From the NCBI RefSeq assembly GCF_006345805.1, contig NW_021825021.1:1-16987 (forward strand): DNA of 16,987 nucleotides, given 5' to 3'. Below are positions 13,130 to 16,987 of this stretch, in pieces. The notes below the pieces were generated by a model. The model was not told the origin of the DNA, did not search any database, and saw only the letters and a program-made list of their open reading frames with translations. The DNA comes from Octopus sinensis. Its lineage: Eukaryota. The position numbers were made by a program, and so were the translations under genes. How positions within the stretch are numbered: the first letter of the stretch is position 1; the number at the start of each line of letters is the position of its first letter.

Positions 13130-13306
13130 TGTTTTTAAATTACTTGTTTCGAGAGTTGTATTTGGTACGATATGTTTATTTATTTTAGTAGTTTTGACTT
13201 TAGGAGTCCCTCCTAGCGTGTGGCATTTATGTGTAATAATGCCCTCTATATAATATATATATATATATATATGTTGGTTCCTGTATATATATGTATATGT
13301 ATGTTC

Positions 13307-13347
<41 letters not shown>

Positions 13348-13759
13348 GTATAAATATATACATACATACAAACGAGGTATGTATGTTAGTGTGCGTTTTG
13401 GAGAATGAAAAAGAGGAAGAAAGAGATTATATAAAACTAGCGGTGTTTCTGAAGATATCCTTCCTTCATGAAATGACAGGACTTGAGAAGCGTTTTCTTT
13501 CTTGTGCCTTGGCATGCAAATTTGTAAATGCATATTCCACCAAAGAGAAAGTGCTGTACTTGTGTGTCTGATGCGAGAATTTTGGTAAGGAAATGCAAAA
13601 TCAAGCAAAAGGGTGTATTTCGGAAAACCGATGTAATACATAAATTTCAATGCAAAAATGAAAGTAGTAAACTTCACGACTAAAAATGTTACATTAGATT
13701 CACAATTAATGACATGCTCTCGTCAGTTGATTATGCATTTACATCACATTATAATGCTG

Positions 13760-14506
13760 CATGACAGTATCACAGTATCGACCAGACCATCAGATGCTGT
13801 TATACACCGCTGGTCACAATGCGCTTCCAATTCTGTCTTGATTGTGCCATTCTTTCCATCTTGACCTAAATTGCTTAACTTGATCGTCTTTCGATCATCG
13901 TGGAGGTTGTCCTTCCACGTGGTCTTTTCAGATCTTTTGGTTATCACTCGGCAACTACTCAGATTTACCTGTTGTCCATGAACCTTATCACATGACCAGC
14001 CCAGTGGAACTTGTACTGTCGACATCCTGCGATCACATCGTTCACTCCTCTCCGCTCCGTTGTCGAATTAATTCATTTCAGATATGCTTTCGTAATGGTA
14101 TTCCCAGCATGGATCTATCGATGGCCCTTTGCGTTGTAGCCAATTCATGTTCCATCCTCTTCGTAGTAGCCCACGTTTCACCTGCGCATAAGAGCGAAGG
14201 TACGATGGTGCTGTTGAAGATTCTGGCACGCATGGCATTGTCTTGCTTTGTCTTAAACACATCCTTTATTGAACTAAATGCTTCCCATCCTGCCCTTGTC
14301 CTTTTTGAGATTTCAGCGTCCATCTGTCGGCGCATATTCACTGAGTGCCCTAGAAAGACGTAATCCTGGACCTCCTTGATATCATCTCTCCAAAGCTCTT
14401 TACCACATGTCTGAAAATGGTCATCAAGGACATTAATAGGACAAGTGACGTGAACATCAACGGCGAGCGACCAACACAAGTCCGATTCGCAGACGACATT
14501 GTACTC
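13760..14506 (-). mobile_element. RTE-clade LINE, 5'-truncated with an inverted 5' segment; 9-bp TSD ATAATGCTG (13751-13759 and 14507-14515)
   Basis: Minus strand from 14383: DIKEVQDYVFLGH..DAEISKRTRAGWEAF..RARIFNSTIVPSLLCAGETWATTK..TQRAIDRSMLG..I*NELIRQRSG..WAGHV..DNR..PKDLKRPRGR (stops and frameshifts), ending in a GATACTGT x2 tail. Plus strand 14378-14509: DIISPKLFTTCLKMVIKDINRTSDVNINGERPTQVRFADDIVLI (RT core). Confidence 0.92.
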
Positions 14507-14565
14507 ATAATGCTGTTCAGGAAATAAAATTATAGACAGAGCATTTGTTGACTATTCTACATAGA

Positions 14566-14807
14566 GCGGCGGCAAGCTGGCAGAAACGTTAGCACGCCGG
14601 GCGAAATGTGTAGCTGTATTTCGTCTGCCGTTACGTTCTGAGTTCGAATTCCGCCAAGGTCGACTTTGCCTTTCATCCTTTCGGGGTCGATAAATTTAGT
14701 ACCAGTTACGCACTGGGGTCGATGTAATCGACTTAATCCGTTTGTCTGTCCTTGTTTGTCCCCTCTGTGTTTAGCCCCTTGTGAGTAGTAAAGAAATATA
14801 TACTGCC
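14566..14807 (+). mobile_element. tRNA-derived SINE family C with a Deu/Nin-like central domain; 12-bp TSD ATTCTACATAGA (14554-14565 and 14808-14819)
   Basis: A-box-like TGGCAGAAACGT, B-box GTTCGAATTC (14642-14651), central GGTCGACTTTGCCTTTCATCCTTTCGGGGTCGATAAATTTAGTACC (14658-14703) resembling the Deu/Nin SINE domain, and a LINE-like tail at 14751-14796. Confidence 0.88.
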
Positions 14808-15001
14808 ATTCTACATAGAATTCGACGCACAAAATACAAAAGGAGATTAACTGTGACATGTTTTGTAAATGACAAAACAAATGACAAAACAAACATAAAC
14901 ACATTAATATGACACACGCGAATTGACCATTGGATTCTACGAAGACTTAAAGGCTGCAGAATTCTAAATCCGGTGGAGATGATTTTTATCAATTTTCACA
15001 G

Positions 15002-15077
15002 AATCCTCACTATCCTTTGATACCTGTTGCCAACTACGCGAACAGAAGGTTGATTGATGTCATTATCGTTTCATTCG
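15002..15077 (+). CDS. Candidate 76-nt internal exon (phase 0 to phase 1), product unknown
   Basis: Acceptor TTTTTATCAATTTTCACAG (AG at 15000-15001) and donor G|GTGAGT (15078). One open frame: NPHYPLIPVANYANRRLIDVIIVSF. No homology recognised. Confidence 0.3.
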
Positions 15078-16796
15078 GTGAGTTCTTAAAAGTTTTAATA
15101 GACTAATGCGTTTCGAATTTAACATAAAGAACTGATAAGGATAATATTAATATATTTCATTAGAAATATTAAACTCTAACATATTTGTGCTTTTAATAGA
15201 ATGTGTGTGTGTGTGTTAAAAATATTGGAAAATTGCGTATGTGTAAAACTTCGAAGATTGCAAAGGAAATAACTCGTGACATTTAATTTTTTAGAATTTT
15301 AATTTGTAAAATCTAAAGATAATATGAACCAAGCTATTTTAAGTTTTGGGAATTTTTAACCGTACGAAGTATATAATGCTACTGTTTCAATCAGCTTTTT
15401 TGTAATAAATTATTGCTAACCAAATACTTTGAGGCTGTCTGAACCGACCTGTCCCCTCTGACATTCTGCTTAATCAATTGTGGTCTTGAACTTATGTAAT
15501 TAATTTCTCACATAAACAAAGTTAGCAACATAAATTTCAAGGAAAATTATCAGGGACATAGTGAGTGTTGTGGTTGAAAATTGATCACTTAATTTCAACA
15601 GCCGACGATTCGTTTTTGTTTGTTTTTTTTTTTCTTTTTTCTTTCAAAAACCAAATGTGCTTCGAGACGCTTGCAGAAAATTGTTTCCGGTTTCTTCCTA
15701 CATGTATGAATATGTTGGTTAAAATGAACTTTAAAATAATTCTCGGTCAATCCAATACAGTTTCTGAGAACATACTTTTCATATGACTGTGAAATTTATA
15801 GAGCATTATAAAAATAGTTACCACTAGATAAGACAAAATTTTGTTAAAATCTTTTGGGGGAATTATATGGTTACTGAGTCCTGGAAAATTTTGCAAGTAT
15901 GGTCAGCTTTAATCATACCTTTTTTAAAATCTTTTAGTGTCTATGATTCATGAGAAATAGCAAGAAATTAAATTTAAGAACTCTCTGACAATGTGTGCAC
16001 TACTTTTAAACTAAAGACTGGATTATACCATAACGTGTCTTTTTAGTCAGTTTCTACTCTTATGTGTATTGGAGTGTGTCGTGTAAGGTATTTATTTGTA
16101 AAGATTACAAACAGCATTATTATAATCATGACAAGGACAATCAACCATAATTCCATTTGAAGATAACGAAAAAACATTTACCAACATGTGGGACTAAATT
16201 TATTAGGACCATAAAGTGTGATTTGAAACCTTATTTATATAATCTTTCATTAGGTTTTCAATATGAGTAAAACTAATTCGTTTCTAAATTTAAAGGGATA
16301 TCGAGAATATAAAATACAATGAGGAGAGGGACGATGAGAATTGTTAAATCATTATTAAATAACTTTATAAAGTATTTTCTATAAATAGCAAGCTCGTGAC
16401 AGTCAATATTGTGCGAAAGCATGAGACTACCAACTTTGTATACACACCTTCACACGGTACGGTATCTTTTATGTAAAATGTTCAAAATATTGATTCCAAC
16501 TGTTTCGCATGATCCAGCTTCATAAGAGAAGCTTTTGCTATTCAAACAAAAGACCTCCGTTTCTTTCGCTCAATATAAGTTATCGAAACACAAAAGGGAT
16601 TTCCTTGCGTGCCAAATGAGCAGATTTGCTAATTAGCTAAGGTGATATTGGCGAAATTTGAATCTTTGAGGAGCGGTGTATGTGAGGAAAGGGCAAAAAT
16701 ACGATAAAATCAAATTGAAGTGAATTTGAAGTGTTGTTTGTCTTTAATACCAGTGAATCATGCAACTTGGGACATATTGTTGTTCCACAGTGATTT

Positions 16797-16942
16797 ATAT
16801 ATATGTAGATATATACATACATATATCTATATGTGTGTGTGTGTTTGTGTGTGTGTGTGGATGTGTGTGCACATTATATATATACATATATACAAATATA
16901 TATGTACATATATATGTATATAAATATACATATATATATATA
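16797..16942. repeat. TA/TG compound microsatellite
   Basis: Directly visible. Confidence 0.95.
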
Positions 16943-16987
16943 TTTTGTGAAATAGAAAGATGAATAATCTTGTTGCAGATTAATCAA

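Noticed and set aside
13449-13490. CTGAAGA...GAAA near the main ribozyme
   Set aside because: Helix II closing pair would be U-U and no helix I or III forms.
15180-16000. AT-rich sequence reminiscent of decayed DNA-transposon subtermini
   Set aside because: No TIRs, TSDs or ORF found by eye.
16968-16987. CTTGTTGCAG splice-acceptor-like site at the window edge
   Set aside because: Only ~9 nt follow, so it cannot be evaluated.

Overview
Eukaryotic, AT-rich, non-coding window. Roughly half is simple repeat ((TA)n, (CA)n, (TACA)n, (GATA)n, (TAA)n, (GAT)n). The microsatellite density and the SINE families resemble an octopus (coleoid cephalopod) genome; this is recognition from memory, not a database hit. 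No intact protein-coding gene is present and nearly all listed ORFs are microsatellite translations. Recognisable parts: a 3' fragment of an R4/Dong-clade retrotransposon (RLE endonuclease) in a (TAA)n array; a dead cecropia-type DD34D mariner transposase; a LINE-like 3' end in a (GATA)n array; five tRNA-derived SINE copies from three families; two inverted copies of an unnamed repeat; and an RTE-clade LINE fragment with a 5' inversion and a 9-bp target-site duplication (twin-priming geometry). The best unexplained signal is a type I hammerhead ribozyme motif at 13050-13129 (+), with the full catalytic core and all three helices pairable, in sequence I cannot assign to any element. There is also a minimal Penelope-type hammerhead at 7186-7224 (-), a ~150-bp foldback at 6691-6841, and one candidate 76-nt exon at 15002-15077.
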